The position numbers were made by a program, and so were the translations under genes. A stretch of 39,208 bases of DNA from Chthonomonadaceae bacterium (lineage in GTDB: Bacteria > Armatimonadota > Chthonomonadetes > Chthonomonadales > Chthonomonadaceae), in assembly GCA_035650735.1 (NCBI GenBank), contig DASRGZ010000017.1, positions 62,001 through 101,208 on the forward strand, given 5' to 3'. The notes under the pieces are model-generated. The model ran no database searches, had not been told where the DNA came from, and was given only the letters and a program-made list of their open reading frames with translations. Shown in pieces: positions 9,520 through 19,345 of the stretch (positions within the stretch are counted from its first letter, which is position 1; each line of letters begins with the position of its first letter).

Positions 9520-9636
9520 GGGCTATTTTTGTCGCAGGAGAGCGGCAGGTGGCCGTCGAAAAGGGGATTAAGCATTTGATAATGTAGGGATATCATTAGT
9601 GGCTGGTAATGGGAAATCTACAGCGGGAAGCGTCCC

Positions 9637-12405
9637 ATGCGTGAATGGCCCGGCGGAATCGTCACCTTTGTGTTTACCGATATTGAAGGCAGCACCCGGC
9701 TCTGGGAACAGCATCCGGCGGCGATGCGGGATGCGCTCGCCCGGCATGATGACCTGCTTCGCCAGGTCATTGAAGCCAATGGCGGCTGCGTGTTTGAGAC
9801 CATCGGCGATGCCTTCCGCGCCGCCTTCGCCTCTGCCCAGGAGGCCCTGACCGCCGCCCTGGAAGCCCAGCGCGCCCTGCATGGGGAGCCCTGGGGCGCC
9901 ACCGGCCCGCTGCGCGTGCGCGTTGTGCTGCATACCGGCCCGGCAGAGGCGCGCAATGGCGACTATTTCGGCCCCACCCTCAGCCGCGTGGATCGCCTGC
10001 TGGACGCCGGATACGGCGGGCAGATACTGCTCTCGCAGGCAACCCAGGAGCAGGTCTGCGACGGCCTTCCCAACGGCGTCAGCCTGCGCGATCTGGGCGA
10101 GCACCGCCTCAAAGACCTGGTGCGCCCTGAGCGCGTTTTCCAGCTTATCGCCCCGGACCTGCCCGCCGATTTTCCGCCCCTCCGCTCGCTCGATCAGCTG
10201 CCCAATAACCTGCCGCGCCAGCTCTCCAGCTTCATCGGACGGGAACGCGAGATCAGCGAGATCAAGCGGCAGTTGACCCAGGGGGCCGGCACACTGCCTC
10301 TGCATAAGTCAGGCCGAGACCCTGACTTCGAGAACGGCGTTCGACTGCTGACGCTGACCGGCTGCGGCGGCTGCGGCAAGACCCGGCTCGCCATCCAGGC
10401 CGCCGCCGACCTGCTCGAAGCGTACCCGGACGGCGTGTGGCTGGTGGAGCTGGCGGCCCTCTCCGACCCGGCTCAGGTTCCCCGGATGACGGCTCTGGCG
10501 CTGGGCATCCGCGAGGAGCCGGGCCGTCTCCTGTTGGGGACGCTGACGGAGGCGCTGGCTCCCAGGCGTCTGCTGCTGATCCTGGACAACTGCGAGCATC
10601 TCATTGCGGCCTGTGCGGCGCTCGCCAACACCCTACTGCGCGCCTGCCCCCGGCTCCAGATCGTGACGACCAGCCGTGAGGCGCTGGGCATTGCAGGCGA
10701 GACGGCCTGGCGCGTGCCCCCGCTGGCAATGCCCGATCCCAGGCGTCCCCCCACGCTGGAGAGTCTGAAGCAGTGCGACGCCGTGCGCCTGTTTAGCGAG
10801 CGGGCGGTGGCGGTCCATCCAGACTTCTGCCTCACCGACCACAACGCCGCCACAGTGCTCCAGATCTGCCATCGTCTCGACGGGATTCCGCTCGCTATTG
10901 AGTTGGCGGCGGCCCGTGTGCGTGTCCTGCCTGTCGAGCAGATCGCCGCGCGCCTGGACGACCGTTTCCGCCTGCTGACCGGGGGCAGCCGGGCGGCCCT
11001 GCCGCGCCACCAGACCCTACAGGCCATGATGGATTGGAGCTATGACCTGCTCAGCGAAATGGAGCGGGTGCTCTTCCGGCGTCTGTCGGTATTTGTGGGC
11101 GGGTTTCCCCTGGAGGCGGTAGAGGCGATCTGTTCCGCGCCGGTGCCGCCCTCCATGCCAACGTTGGAGAAAGAGGGCACCCTCCCACTGAAGGTCCCGC
11201 TTTCCCAGGAACCCCTCGCCGGGGAATTGGAGACGCTGACGCTGCTGCTGCAGCTGGTGGATAAGTCGCTGGTGATGGTCGAGGGGCAGGAGAGCGAGAC
11301 CCGCTACCGCCTGCTGGAAACCGTCCGACGCTACGGCCAGGATAAGCTGGAGGAATCCGGAGAGGCGCCCGACGTGCGCGGACGGCACCGGGATTGGTAT
11401 CTGCAGTTGGCCGAGCAGTCGGAGCGGCTGCTCTACGGCGCGGAGCAGGAGGTATGGCTGGGGCACCTGGAGAGGGAGCAGGAGAACCTGCGGGCGGCGC
11501 TGGCCTGGTGCAAGGCGGCGCAGGACGTGGCGGCGGAACTGCGTCTGAGCGGGGCGCTATGCCGCTTCTGGTCTATGCGTGGCGACTTTAGCGAGGGTCG
11601 GGAACTGCTGATGGACGCGCTGGCGCGGGCCGAGCAGGGCGAAGCGCCCGATTTCCTGATGGCGGAGCGGGCCAAAGCGCTGCATGGGGCTGGCGTCCTG
11701 GCCTGGTGGCAGGGAGATTACGGCACGGCCAACGGGCTACTGATGGAGAGCCTGCATCTCTATCGGGCACTGGAGGACGCCTCCGGCGTCGCCTATGCGC
11801 TTATCGGCCTGGGACGGACGGCGCAGTGCTTGGGCGAGCCGGAGCGGGCTGCCGCGCTCTACGAGGAGGCGCTGGCACTGCTGCGGGAAAAGCGCGATCA
11901 ACCGGGGATCGCCCTGGCGCTGACCAACCTGGCTGCCGGAGCGCGGGAACGTGACGACTACGCTCAGGCCCGGCAGTTGGAGGAGGAGAGCCTGGCGCTG
12001 CGGCGGGAGATGGCGGATCGCTGGGGCATCGCCCACTCGCGCAATAACCTGGGACGGTTGGCGCGATTGGAGGGCCAATACGAACGCGCCAGCGCGCTCC
12101 ACAAAGAGAGTCTGGCGCAGTTCTGCGCGCTGGGCGCGAAGCTGGGGATCGCCGAATCCCTGGAAGGGCTTGCCGGCGTCGCCAGCGCGCGGGGCGATTT
12201 TGCGCGGGCGGCGCCCTTGTGGGGGGCGGCGGAGGCGCTGCGGGAAGCGCTGCGCGCTCCCCTGCTGCCTTTCGCGCGTGGGGCTTATCACCATGAGGTG
12301 GCGACGGCACGGTCTGCGCTGGGCGAGGAGGCGTTTGCGGAGGCGCGGGCGCAAGGCCATGTCATGCCGTTGGAGCAGGCCGTTGCGTTCGCGCTGGAGG
12401 GCTGA
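9637..12405 (+). CDS. Class III nucleotidyl cyclase + STAND/NB-ARC-like ATPase + TPR protein
   Basis: TFVFTDIEGST and IGDAF cyclase motifs; Walker A GCGGCGKT, Walker B LLILDNCEH, LDGIPLAIELAAAR; C-terminal TPRs. Confidence 0.92.
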   Translation: MREWPGGIVTFVFTDIEGSTRLWEQHPAAMRDALARHDDLLRQVIEANGGCVFETIGDAFRAAFASAQEALTAALEAQRALHGEPWGATGPLRVRVVLHTGPAEARNGDYFGPTLSRVDRLLDAGYGGQILLSQATQEQVCDGLPNGVSLRDLGEHRLKDLVRPERVFQLIAPDLPADFPPLRSLDQLPNNLPRQLSSFIGREREISEIKRQLTQGAGTLPLHKSGRDPDFENGVRLLTLTGCGGCGKTRLAIQAAADLLEAYPDGVWLVELAALSDPAQVPRMTALALGIREEPGRLLLGTLTEALAPRRLLLILDNCEHLIAACAALANTLLRACPRLQIVTTSREALGIAGETAWRVPPLAMPDPRRPPTLESLKQCDAVRLFSERAVAVHPDFCLTDHNAATVLQICHRLDGIPLAIELAAARVRVLPVEQIAARLDDRFRLLTGGSRAALPRHQTLQAMMDWSYDLLSEMERVLFRRLSVFVGGFPLEAVEAICSAPVPPSMPTLEKEGTLPLKVPLSQEPLAGELETLTLLLQLVDKSLVMVEGQESETRYRLLETVRRYGQDKLEESGEAPDVRGRHRDWYLQLAEQSERLLYGAEQEVWLGHLEREQENLRAALAWCKAAQDVAAELRLSGALCRFWSMRGDFSEGRELLMDALARAEQGEAPDFLMAERAKALHGAGVLAWWQGDYGTANGLLMESLHLYRALEDASGVAYALIGLGRTAQCLGEPERAAALYEEALALLREKRDQPGIALALTNLAAGARERDDYAQARQLEEESLALRREMADRWGIAHSRNNLGRLARLEGQYERASALHKESLAQFCALGAKLGIAESLEGLAGVASARGDFARAAPLWGAAEALREALRAPLLPFARGAYHHEVATARSALGEEAFAEARAQGHVMPLEQAVAFALEG

Positions 12406-12411
12406 TGCACG

Positions 12412-14685
12412 ATGGAGTCTCTGCCGGATACCAGGCCGTTAACGCTGCAGGGCGACCTTGCAGCGCAGATGGTGGCGGGCATAGATGCCTACCTGACCCG
12501 CGCGCTGGCCGCCGCCGTGGAGCAACGGGAGCGTCACTGGCACCGCGACCTCGCCTCCCATGAAGCCTACATACGGTCTGTGGAGGCCAACCGGGTGCGG
12601 TTGCGGCGGCTCATCGGCGTGGTGGACACGCGGGAACCGGCGGAGATGCGCCTGGAAGTTCCGCTCTCCACGGAACAACCGGCCTCCGCAAGCCTCGGTA
12701 CGGGAGAGGGATACCGCATTCTGGCCGTGCGCTGGAGCGCGCTGCGCGGCGTGGAGGGCGAAGGCTTGCTGCTGCTGCCCGACCGAGCGCCGATTGCCGA
12801 CATCCTTGCGCTCCCCGACTGCGATTGGACGCCGGAGATGCTGATCGGGCTGGCCCCCGGCGTGCCCGCCGAGGCGCAGTTTGCCCGCTGCCTGGCCGAG
12901 TGCGGCTGCCGCGTGCTGGTTCCCTGCCTGATCAATCGCCAGGACACCTACTCGGGCGACCCGCAGATCCGCATGACCAACCAGCCGCACCGCGAATTTC
13001 TCTATCGCGCCGCCTACGAGCTCGGTAGGCACATCATCGGCTACGAGGTACAGAAGGCGCTTGCCGCCGTGGACTGGTTTGCACAGCAGGCAGACAGAAC
13101 GCAGAGCACCGGAGGGCACCGGCCCCTGGGCATTCTCGGCTACGGGGAGGGCGGGCTGATCGCCTTCTACGCCGCCGCCCTGGAGACGCGCCTGGACGCC
13201 GCCGCCGTCTGCGGTTACTTCCAGCCGCGCGAGCCGCTCTGGCGCGAGCCGATCTACCGTAACGTCTTTGGGCTTTTAGAGGAGTTCGGCGACGCCGAGA
13301 TCGCCGGCCTGATCGCACCCCGCCCGCTGGTCGTCGAAGCCTGCCGCCATCCGCAGGTTGCCGGGCCGCCTCCGCCCTCTCCTGGCCGCAGCGGCGCGGC
13401 TCCCGGTGCGCTGACCACGCCGCCGCTAGAGGCGGTGGAAGCCGAGTGCGCTCGCGCCCGGCAGCTAACGGCGGGCCTTCGGCCTCCGGCCCCGCTCACG
13501 CTGGTCGCCAGCGGGGACGGCAGCGGCCTGCCCGGCAGCGAGGCGGCGCTGCGCCAGTTCCTGCGCGATCTGGGCGTGCCGGACGAACTAGCTCCGTTGA
13601 GCCGCCCACCGCAGTACGACCGTCCGGCTCCGGACCCGGAAGCCCGACAGAAACGCCAGTTCCATCAACTGCTGGAGCACACGCAGCAGGCGATGCGCGA
13701 GGCGCCTTCCTGCCGCGCGCAGTTCTGGTCGCAGGCCGACGACTCTAGCCCGGAGGCGTGGCAGGCAAGCTGCCGACGGTATCGCGACTATCTCCGGGAG
13801 GAGGTCATCGGGGAATTGCCCCCCGCCGCGCCGCCCCTGCATCCGCGCACACGGCTGGTCTACGATATGCCTAAGTACCGGGGCTATGAGGTCGTGCTGG
13901 ACGTCTGCCCGGATATGTTCGCCTATGGCATCCTGCTGGCGCCCGCAGACATCCGGGAGGGCGAGCGGCGTCCCGTCGTCGTCTGCCAGCATGGCCTGGA
14001 GGGACGACCTCAGGATGTGGCCGATCCTTCCGTGGAGAACCCCTCCTATCATCGGTTCGCCTGCCAACTGGCGGAGCGGGGCTTTGTGACCTACGCGCCT
14101 CAGAACCCCTACATCGGCGAAGACCGGTTCCGGGTCTTGCAGCGCAAGGCGAACCCACTGAAGCTTTCGCTCTTCTCCTTTATCACGCGTCAGCACGCGC
14201 GCACGCTGGAATGGCTCGCCGGCCTGCCGTTCGTGGATCGGGAGCGTATCGCCTTTTACGGCCTCAGCTATGGCGGGAAGACGGCGATGCGCGTTCCGGC
14301 GCTGCTGGAAGAGTACTGCCTGTCCATCTGCTCGGCGGATTACAACGAGTGGATATGGAAAAACGCCAGTATCGGCAACCCTTATACCTACCTGCTGACC
14401 GGCGAATACGAAATGCCGGAGTTCGACCTGGGCAACACCTTCAACTACGCGGAGCTGAGCTGGCTGATCTGCCCGCGCCCGTTCATGGTCGAGCGCGGCC
14501 ACCACGACGGCGTTGCGCCGGACGAGTGGGTGGCCTACGAGTTCGCCCGCACGCGCCGCCGTTATGATCTGCTCGGCCTTAGCGAGCGCACGGAGATCGA
14601 GTTCTTCAACGGGCCGCACACCATCCACGGGGTCGGCACCTTCGCGTTCCTGCACCGGCACCTGAATTGGCCGCAGAGGGCTTGA
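12412..14685 (+). CDS. Tandem alpha/beta-hydrolase (dienelactone hydrolase/esterase-like)
   Basis: Two hydrolase modules: N-terminal elbow GYGEGG (no Ser), C-terminal GLSYGG with VVCQHGL, D(G)VAP and GPH. Confidence 0.75.
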   Translation: MESLPDTRPLTLQGDLAAQMVAGIDAYLTRALAAAVEQRERHWHRDLASHEAYIRSVEANRVRLRRLIGVVDTREPAEMRLEVPLSTEQPASASLGTGEGYRILAVRWSALRGVEGEGLLLLPDRAPIADILALPDCDWTPEMLIGLAPGVPAEAQFARCLAECGCRVLVPCLINRQDTYSGDPQIRMTNQPHREFLYRAAYELGRHIIGYEVQKALAAVDWFAQQADRTQSTGGHRPLGILGYGEGGLIAFYAAALETRLDAAAVCGYFQPREPLWREPIYRNVFGLLEEFGDAEIAGLIAPRPLVVEACRHPQVAGPPPPSPGRSGAAPGALTTPPLEAVEAECARARQLTAGLRPPAPLTLVASGDGSGLPGSEAALRQFLRDLGVPDELAPLSRPPQYDRPAPDPEARQKRQFHQLLEHTQQAMREAPSCRAQFWSQADDSSPEAWQASCRRYRDYLREEVIGELPPAAPPLHPRTRLVYDMPKYRGYEVVLDVCPDMFAYGILLAPADIREGERRPVVVCQHGLEGRPQDVADPSVENPSYHRFACQLAERGFVTYAPQNPYIGEDRFRVLQRKANPLKLSLFSFITRQHARTLEWLAGLPFVDRERIAFYGLSYGGKTAMRVPALLEEYCLSICSADYNEWIWKNASIGNPYTYLLTGEYEMPEFDLGNTFNYAELSWLICPRPFMVERGHHDGVAPDEWVAYEFARTRRRYDLLGLSERTEIEFFNGPHTIHGVGTFAFLHRHLNWPQRA

Positions 14686-14710
14686 CAGGAAGGCGCAACT
14701 GTGCGATACT
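14682..14710 (+). promoter_or_regulatory. sigma-70-type promoter
   Basis: TTGACA-17 bp-GATACT with TG extension; overlaps the upstream stop codon. Confidence 0.6.
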
Positions 14711-14778
14711 GAGCGCATCCGCCGATTATTCCTCAGCCCTCCCTACGCGGGGCGCAGCCCCTCGCATGAGAACGCCTC

Positions 14779-15013
14779 TCCCCTCTCCTTGCGAAGGAGA
14801 GGGGACGGGGGTGAGGTCTCTCCCCTCTCCCGCAGCGCCGGGGGTCGCGAGGCGGGGGCTGTGGCAAGGCGGAGGCAGGGGCCGTAACCCTGCCGACCCT
14901 GGCAGTCCATTGCAGGCCCGCCCCTAGCAGTGGGCCGGGGGTGAGGTTTTTCCCTACCCCCTACCACCTACCCCCTACACTCCGACCCTGGCAGTGGGGA
15001 CAGGGGGTGAGGG
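14779..15013. repeat. REP-like palindrome cluster
   Basis: 12-bp hairpin TCCCCTCTCCTT-GCG-AAGGAGAGGGGA, three GGGGGTGAGG units, CCGACCCTGGCAGT twice; same family as the hairpins near 36707-36801. Confidence 0.75.
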
Positions 15014-15038
15014 CCAATTTCACCTCAGGAGAGCCTTC

Positions 15039-16496
15039 TTGACCGATACCCACCGTTTGTCCCTGTCGCAAAAGACACGTTCGCTGCTGCGGCTGGCCTG
15101 TGCCGGCCTGCTCACGCTTCCCGTTCTTCTGGCCGTTCCAACCCACGCACAAGCGCCCGATCCCACCGCGAGCAGCCAGAATTCCGACCTCCCGCCCGCC
15201 GGTTCCGTCCGCTCCGAGAAGCCCGACGCGGCGCGTGCCGATCCGGCGGAGGCTTCCATGACGCCGGAGGCAAGCGCCGACGATGCAGGCGAGATGCGCG
15301 GCCTCTGGGTCGTGCGCGACAGCCTGATCTCGCCGCAATCGGTGCATCGGGTCGTGCTGACCGCCGTGAAGTACCATCTCAACGCCCTGTTCGTGCAGGT
15401 GCGCGGGCGCGGCGACGCCTGGTACAACTCGCCCTACGAGCCGCGCGCCGAACTGCTGGCCGGGCAGCCTCGTGATTTCGACCCACTCCGCCAGATCGTG
15501 GAGGAGGCGCACGCCAACGGCCTGCAGGTTCACGCCTGGCTGAATACCTTCCTGACGTGGAGCGGTTCGCGCCGTCCGCGCAACCCGCAGCATATCTTCA
15601 ACGCCCATCCCGACTGGTTCGCCCGCGACCGTCACGGGCACTGCTCGCCCATTCCAAACGATGACTGCGAGGGGATTTTCCTTCAGCCGAGCAACCCCGC
15701 CGTCCAGGAGCATCTGTTCAAGGTCTTCACCGACGTCGCCAGCCGTTACGATATAGATGGCATCCATTTCGACTACTGCCGCTATGCCGGCATCGCCTAC
15801 GACTTCAGCCCCTCCACGCTGGCCCGCTTCCGCCATTTCATGGCGGCGCAGCTCTCTGCCGAGGAAGTCGCGCGTCTGGACAAGCGCCTTACTAAAGACC
15901 GCCTGGCCTATGTCCATGCGTTCGGGAAGCCCTGGGCCGACTGGCGGCGCGCTCAGATCACGCAGTTGGTAGCGCGCATCTCCGCCGCCGTCAAAGCCGA
16001 CAAGCCCTGGATGCAGGTATCCGCCGCTGTCTTCCCCGATGCCGACGACGCCTTTATCTATCGCGGTCAGGACTGGAGAGGGTGGCTTCAGGCCGGCTAT
16101 CTGGACGCGGTAGCCCTGATGGCCTACGGGAAGAGCACCGAGCGCATTCTGGAGCAGACGCGGCGGGCCGTGGCGGCGGCGGGCGGTAGGCAGGTCTACA
16201 CGGGCATTGGAGCCTGGCACCTCTCCGCCCATGACGTCGCGAAGAAGATCGCGCAGGTGCGGCGCGCGGGCGCTGCCGGCGTTAATCTCTTCTCCTACGG
16301 CGGTATCCATACCCGCCCGGAGTACCTGGAGACGCTGCGGCGCGGCGTCTTTGCCAGCCGCGCGGCGCCCCGCCGTATGCGCTGGCTGCCCAGTCGCGGC
16401 GGCGTTGTCAGGCGCGGCGCTCCCGAGGCAACGCCCCCGGCCAATGCTTCCGGCAGCACCTCGGACAGAGCAGACACAGCGGGAAGGCAGCAATAA
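15039..16496 (+). CDS. Glycosyl hydrolase-like 10 (YddW/DUF187) family secreted protein
   Basis: EMRGLWV, FVQVRGRGDAWY, VHAWLN, YDIDGIHFDY; signal peptide; TTG start after RBS CAGGAG. Confidence 0.87.
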   Translation: MTDTHRLSLSQKTRSLLRLACAGLLTLPVLLAVPTHAQAPDPTASSQNSDLPPAGSVRSEKPDAARADPAEASMTPEASADDAGEMRGLWVVRDSLISPQSVHRVVLTAVKYHLNALFVQVRGRGDAWYNSPYEPRAELLAGQPRDFDPLRQIVEEAHANGLQVHAWLNTFLTWSGSRRPRNPQHIFNAHPDWFARDRHGHCSPIPNDDCEGIFLQPSNPAVQEHLFKVFTDVASRYDIDGIHFDYCRYAGIAYDFSPSTLARFRHFMAAQLSAEEVARLDKRLTKDRLAYVHAFGKPWADWRRAQITQLVARISAAVKADKPWMQVSAAVFPDADDAFIYRGQDWRGWLQAGYLDAVALMAYGKSTERILEQTRRAVAAAGGRQVYTGIGAWHLSAHDVAKKIAQVRRAGAAGVNLFSYGGIHTRPEYLETLRRGVFASRAAPRRMRWLPSRGGVVRRGAPEATPPANASGSTSDRADTAGRQQ

Positions 16497-16506
16497 GGCT
16501 AGGTGG

Positions 16507-17535
16507 CTAGGACTTCTTCGGCGGAGATAGCAGGCTCTGGTAGCCGGGCAGATTGATCTTGATATCGGAGGTTTCTCGGAACTGCTGGATCTTCTTATCC
16601 GCGACGGCATAGCCGCCTGCCCGCTCCAGCAGCGCGGCGCGCTCTACGTCCTCCTTCACCTCGGAGAAGGGATGGACTATTTGCGGCTCCCGGCTCACCA
16701 GGCGCACTATAAACCATAGCGTGCCGCGCGGCTTGCCCTGCGCGTCTTTGAGGTCGAATCGAACCGGCGACGACACCTCGCCGACCTTGAGTTTCTTGAT
16801 GACCTCCCGCAGCGGTGCGGGCAGGTTGCTGTCGTTGGCGCTCACGACTCCCAGCATGCCTCCGTTGGCTTTGCTTTTCTCATCCTCCGAATAGGCTCTG
16901 GCGACCTCCGCAAACGGCTTGCCCGCCTTCAGGTCGGCCTCGATCTTGTTGAGAGTCTCCGGGTTGGAAGTCCGGATGGCAGCCAGCCCCCACCGCTCGG
17001 GCACAGTATAGTTGGCAATGTGGGCCTTATAGTAGGCTTCCGTTTCGGCAGGGGATATCGAGGCGGCGGTGGTCGCCAGGTTATAGCGAGCGCGCTCCAC
17101 TTTAATCTGAAACTTGAGGGTATCCTCGGAAAGCAGCTTATTTTCCAGGGCCTGCGCGATGGCGGGCTGCTTTTTCAGCTTTTCTAGATCCGCCGTCACC
17201 TGGGCCTCGGTCGGCAATTGATTGGTCTTGGCCGCCCATTGCAGGATCAGCCGCTCATTGATGAGGGCGTTGAGGACAAGCTGCCCTGCTGTATCGCCCT
17301 TGAAGACCGGCGGATTGAGGGAGACGATAAAATCCTGCGCGCGCACGTTCTGTAACCGGCGATAGAACTCGGCCTCGGTAATGTACTCGCCGTTGACCCA
17401 GGCGGCGATCTTGTCCGCTCCCGTCTGCGCGCGGGCCGGGATGCCGCCCGCAAAGGCTGCCAGCAGCCACGCGCCCCCTATCACGCCCAGCCACCAGGCG
17501 ATTTTCCGTTGTGCACCCTGTCCGCTCCTTCGCAT
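16507..17535 (-). CDS. PrsA/SurA-like parvulin peptidyl-prolyl isomerase
   Basis: Signal peptide; AWVNGEYIT, LINERLILQ, FAEVARAYSEDEKSKANGGMLG, LKVGEVSSPV; RBS AAGGAGG before ATG 17535. Confidence 0.87.
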   Translation of the reverse strand: MRRSGQGAQRKIAWWLGVIGGAWLLAAFAGGIPARAQTGADKIAAWVNGEYITEAEFYRRLQNVRAQDFIVSLNPPVFKGDTAGQLVLNALINERLILQWAAKTNQLPTEAQVTADLEKLKKQPAIAQALENKLLSEDTLKFQIKVERARYNLATTAASISPAETEAYYKAHIANYTVPERWGLAAIRTSNPETLNKIEADLKAGKPFAEVARAYSEDEKSKANGGMLGVVSANDSNLPAPLREVIKKLKVGEVSSPVRFDLKDAQGKPRGTLWFIVRLVSREPQIVHPFSEVKEDVERAALLERAGGYAVADKKIQQFRETSDIKINLPGYQSLLSPPKKS

Positions 17536-17772
17536 GGCATCCTCCTTACACTTAAAAAAGGCAAACATAAAGCTCTGAGCCACATTGCACTCAGAGCTTT
17601 GTTCCATATTTCTCGCCTGGATTCCTACCTGGCGCGTTCGTCACGCCTTTGCGCCGCAAGTCAGCAACCACTCCATAACGGGACGCTGTTTATAGAGGTC
17701 GAGCGCAATAGCAAATAGTTCGGGCGTCTGCCGAGCGGGCTTACCCGCGTTGGCAGCAAAAATGGGCTTGGC

Positions 17773-17874
17773 TCAGTCTCCATCGCGCAGCAAAGCCACA
17801 AACCCGGCCTGCTGGAAGTGATGATCATGGGCCAACACTTCGGTAATGCCTTCCTCCTGGCAGATAATGATGGC
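17773..17874 (-). pseudogene. C-terminal remnant of a PIN-domain toxin
   Basis: IIICQEEGITEVLAHDHHFQQAGFVALLRDGD* is a typical VapC C-terminus; the rest is replaced by the RNB gene. Confidence 0.65.
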
Positions 17875-19345
17875 CGTGCATATAGCCTTTCCTGATAATC
17901 TTAGCGAGCGTGCCCGGCAAGCAATGCGGGAAGAAGGTTTTGAGCCGGATATACCTACAGAGGCAATACAGCAGGCCCAAGCGGAAGTAGAGAGTGATGT
18001 CGTTCTTCCTGCCAAGAGTGCTGTGCGTGATCTACGCGCCCTGCGCTGGTCCTCGATTGATAATCCAGAGTCGCGTGACCTGGATCAGATTGAAGTTGCA
18101 GAACGTCTCGCAGATGGTAACATTCGCGTGCGTGTAGGCATTGCCGACGTAGATGCCTTTGTGCCGGTCGGCTCCTCTATGGATGCCCATGCGAGAGCAA
18201 ATGCCACCACGGTCTATACCGGTGTGGTGACTTTTCCCATGCTGCCGGAAACGCTCTCAACGGATAAGTCCTCCCTGCTGGAGGACGTGGATAGGCTGGC
18301 TCTCATCATTGATATGGTAGTTACGGAGGAAGGAACCCTCGCCTCCACCGATATGTATCGAGCCGTTGTGCATAACTATGCTAAGCTCGACTACGAGACG
18401 GTGGGGGCATGGTTAGAGGGGCATGGGGATATGCCGGAGGGCGTAGCGCGTGTGGAGGGAATGGAGGCGCAGCTTCGTCTTCAGGATCAAGCCGCGCAGC
18501 GCCTATTAGCACAGCGACAGAAACAGGGCGCGCTGGATCTGGAAACGATAGAAGCCGTGCCCGTCGTGGAGAACGGCCAGGTGACCAATCTTACCGTCCC
18601 CCGTAAGAACCAAGCGCGCGCCCTGATAGAGAACCTGATGGTATCGGCCAATACAGCTATGGCCGCCTTTCTGGAGGCAACGGGCTTGCCCTTCATTCAA
18701 CGGGTCGTACGGTCGCCGGAACGTTGGCCTCGGATTATGGCGCTTGCCCAGAGTCTAGGGGAAAGCTTACCGGATCAACCGCATGCACGGGCGTTGTCCG
18801 AGTTTCTCGCCCGCCGCAAGGCTGCCGACCCTGTCCATTTCCCCGATCTCTCGCTAGCGATTGTCAAGCTATTAGGGCCGGGAGAGTATGTCGTCATGGG
18901 AAGCCTTGACGAAGCTCAGGGGCACTTCAGCCTGGCGGCCTATCGCTATACGCACTCGACGGCTCCAAACCGGCGTTATGCCGACCTGGTCATCCAGCGC
19001 CTTTTGAAAGCCGTGCTCACTCATGCTGCCGCGCCCTATAGCCGCACGGAGCTAGACCAGATAGCCCAGCACTGTACAGAGCGTGAAGATGCCGCTCGTA
19101 AAGTTGAGCGAAAGATGCGCAAGGTAGCGGCTGCCGTTCTCATGCGCGGGCGGATTGGCGAAGAGTTTGATGCCATTGTTACCGGTGTATCGGCCAAAGG
19201 GGTTTTTGTCCGAGTGGTAAATCCCCCCATTGAAGGGCGTGTGGTCGAGGGAGAGCAGGGCATGGATGTTGGGGAGAGAGTGCGCGTGCGCCTGGTAGCT
19301 ACCGATCCAGACAGGGGATATATTGATTTTGCGCGAAATGAGTGA
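17867..19345 (+). CDS. RNB-domain ribonuclease (RNase II/R family, short form)
   Basis: SIDNPESRDLDQ, VGIADVDAFV, LIENLMVSAN, YTHSTAPNRRYADLVIQRLLK, C-terminal S1; start codon uncertain (17846/17867/17870). Confidence 0.9.
   Translation: MMAVHIAFPDNLSERARQAMREEGFEPDIPTEAIQQAQAEVESDVVLPAKSAVRDLRALRWSSIDNPESRDLDQIEVAERLADGNIRVRVGIADVDAFVPVGSSMDAHARANATTVYTGVVTFPMLPETLSTDKSSLLEDVDRLALIIDMVVTEEGTLASTDMYRAVVHNYAKLDYETVGAWLEGHGDMPEGVARVEGMEAQLRLQDQAAQRLLAQRQKQGALDLETIEAVPVVENGQVTNLTVPRKNQARALIENLMVSANTAMAAFLEATGLPFIQRVVRSPERWPRIMALAQSLGESLPDQPHARALSEFLARRKAADPVHFPDLSLAIVKLLGPGEYVVMGSLDEAQGHFSLAAYRYTHSTAPNRRYADLVIQRLLKAVLTHAAAPYSRTELDQIAQHCTEREDAARKVERKMRKVAAAVLMRGRIGEEFDAIVTGVSAKGVFVRVVNPPIEGRVVEGEQGMDVGERVRVRLVATDPDRGYIDFARNE

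Noticed and set aside
13129..13155. Ser-less GYGEGG elbow as a novel dead hydrolase
   Set aside because: The second domain has an intact GLSYGG, and this arrangement seems usual for this tandem family.
14961..16610. Long antisense or alternative-frame ORFs (e.g. 14961-16610, 7637-8941, 4511-5776, 36602-37924, 34234-35361)
   Set aside because: They shadow well-supported genes, lack motifs, and are expected in high-GC DNA.
9316..17874. The two PIN fragments as halves of one gene split by an 8.4-kb inversion
   Set aside because: Orientation would fit, but the motifs appear to belong to different PIN subfamilies, the middle of the domain is missing, and I saw no junction repeats.
18052..18093. 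RNB active site DxxxxxDxDQ as an inactive nuclease
   Set aside because: Three Asp including the essential one remain; as I recall, DLDQ is common in this short RNB subfamily.
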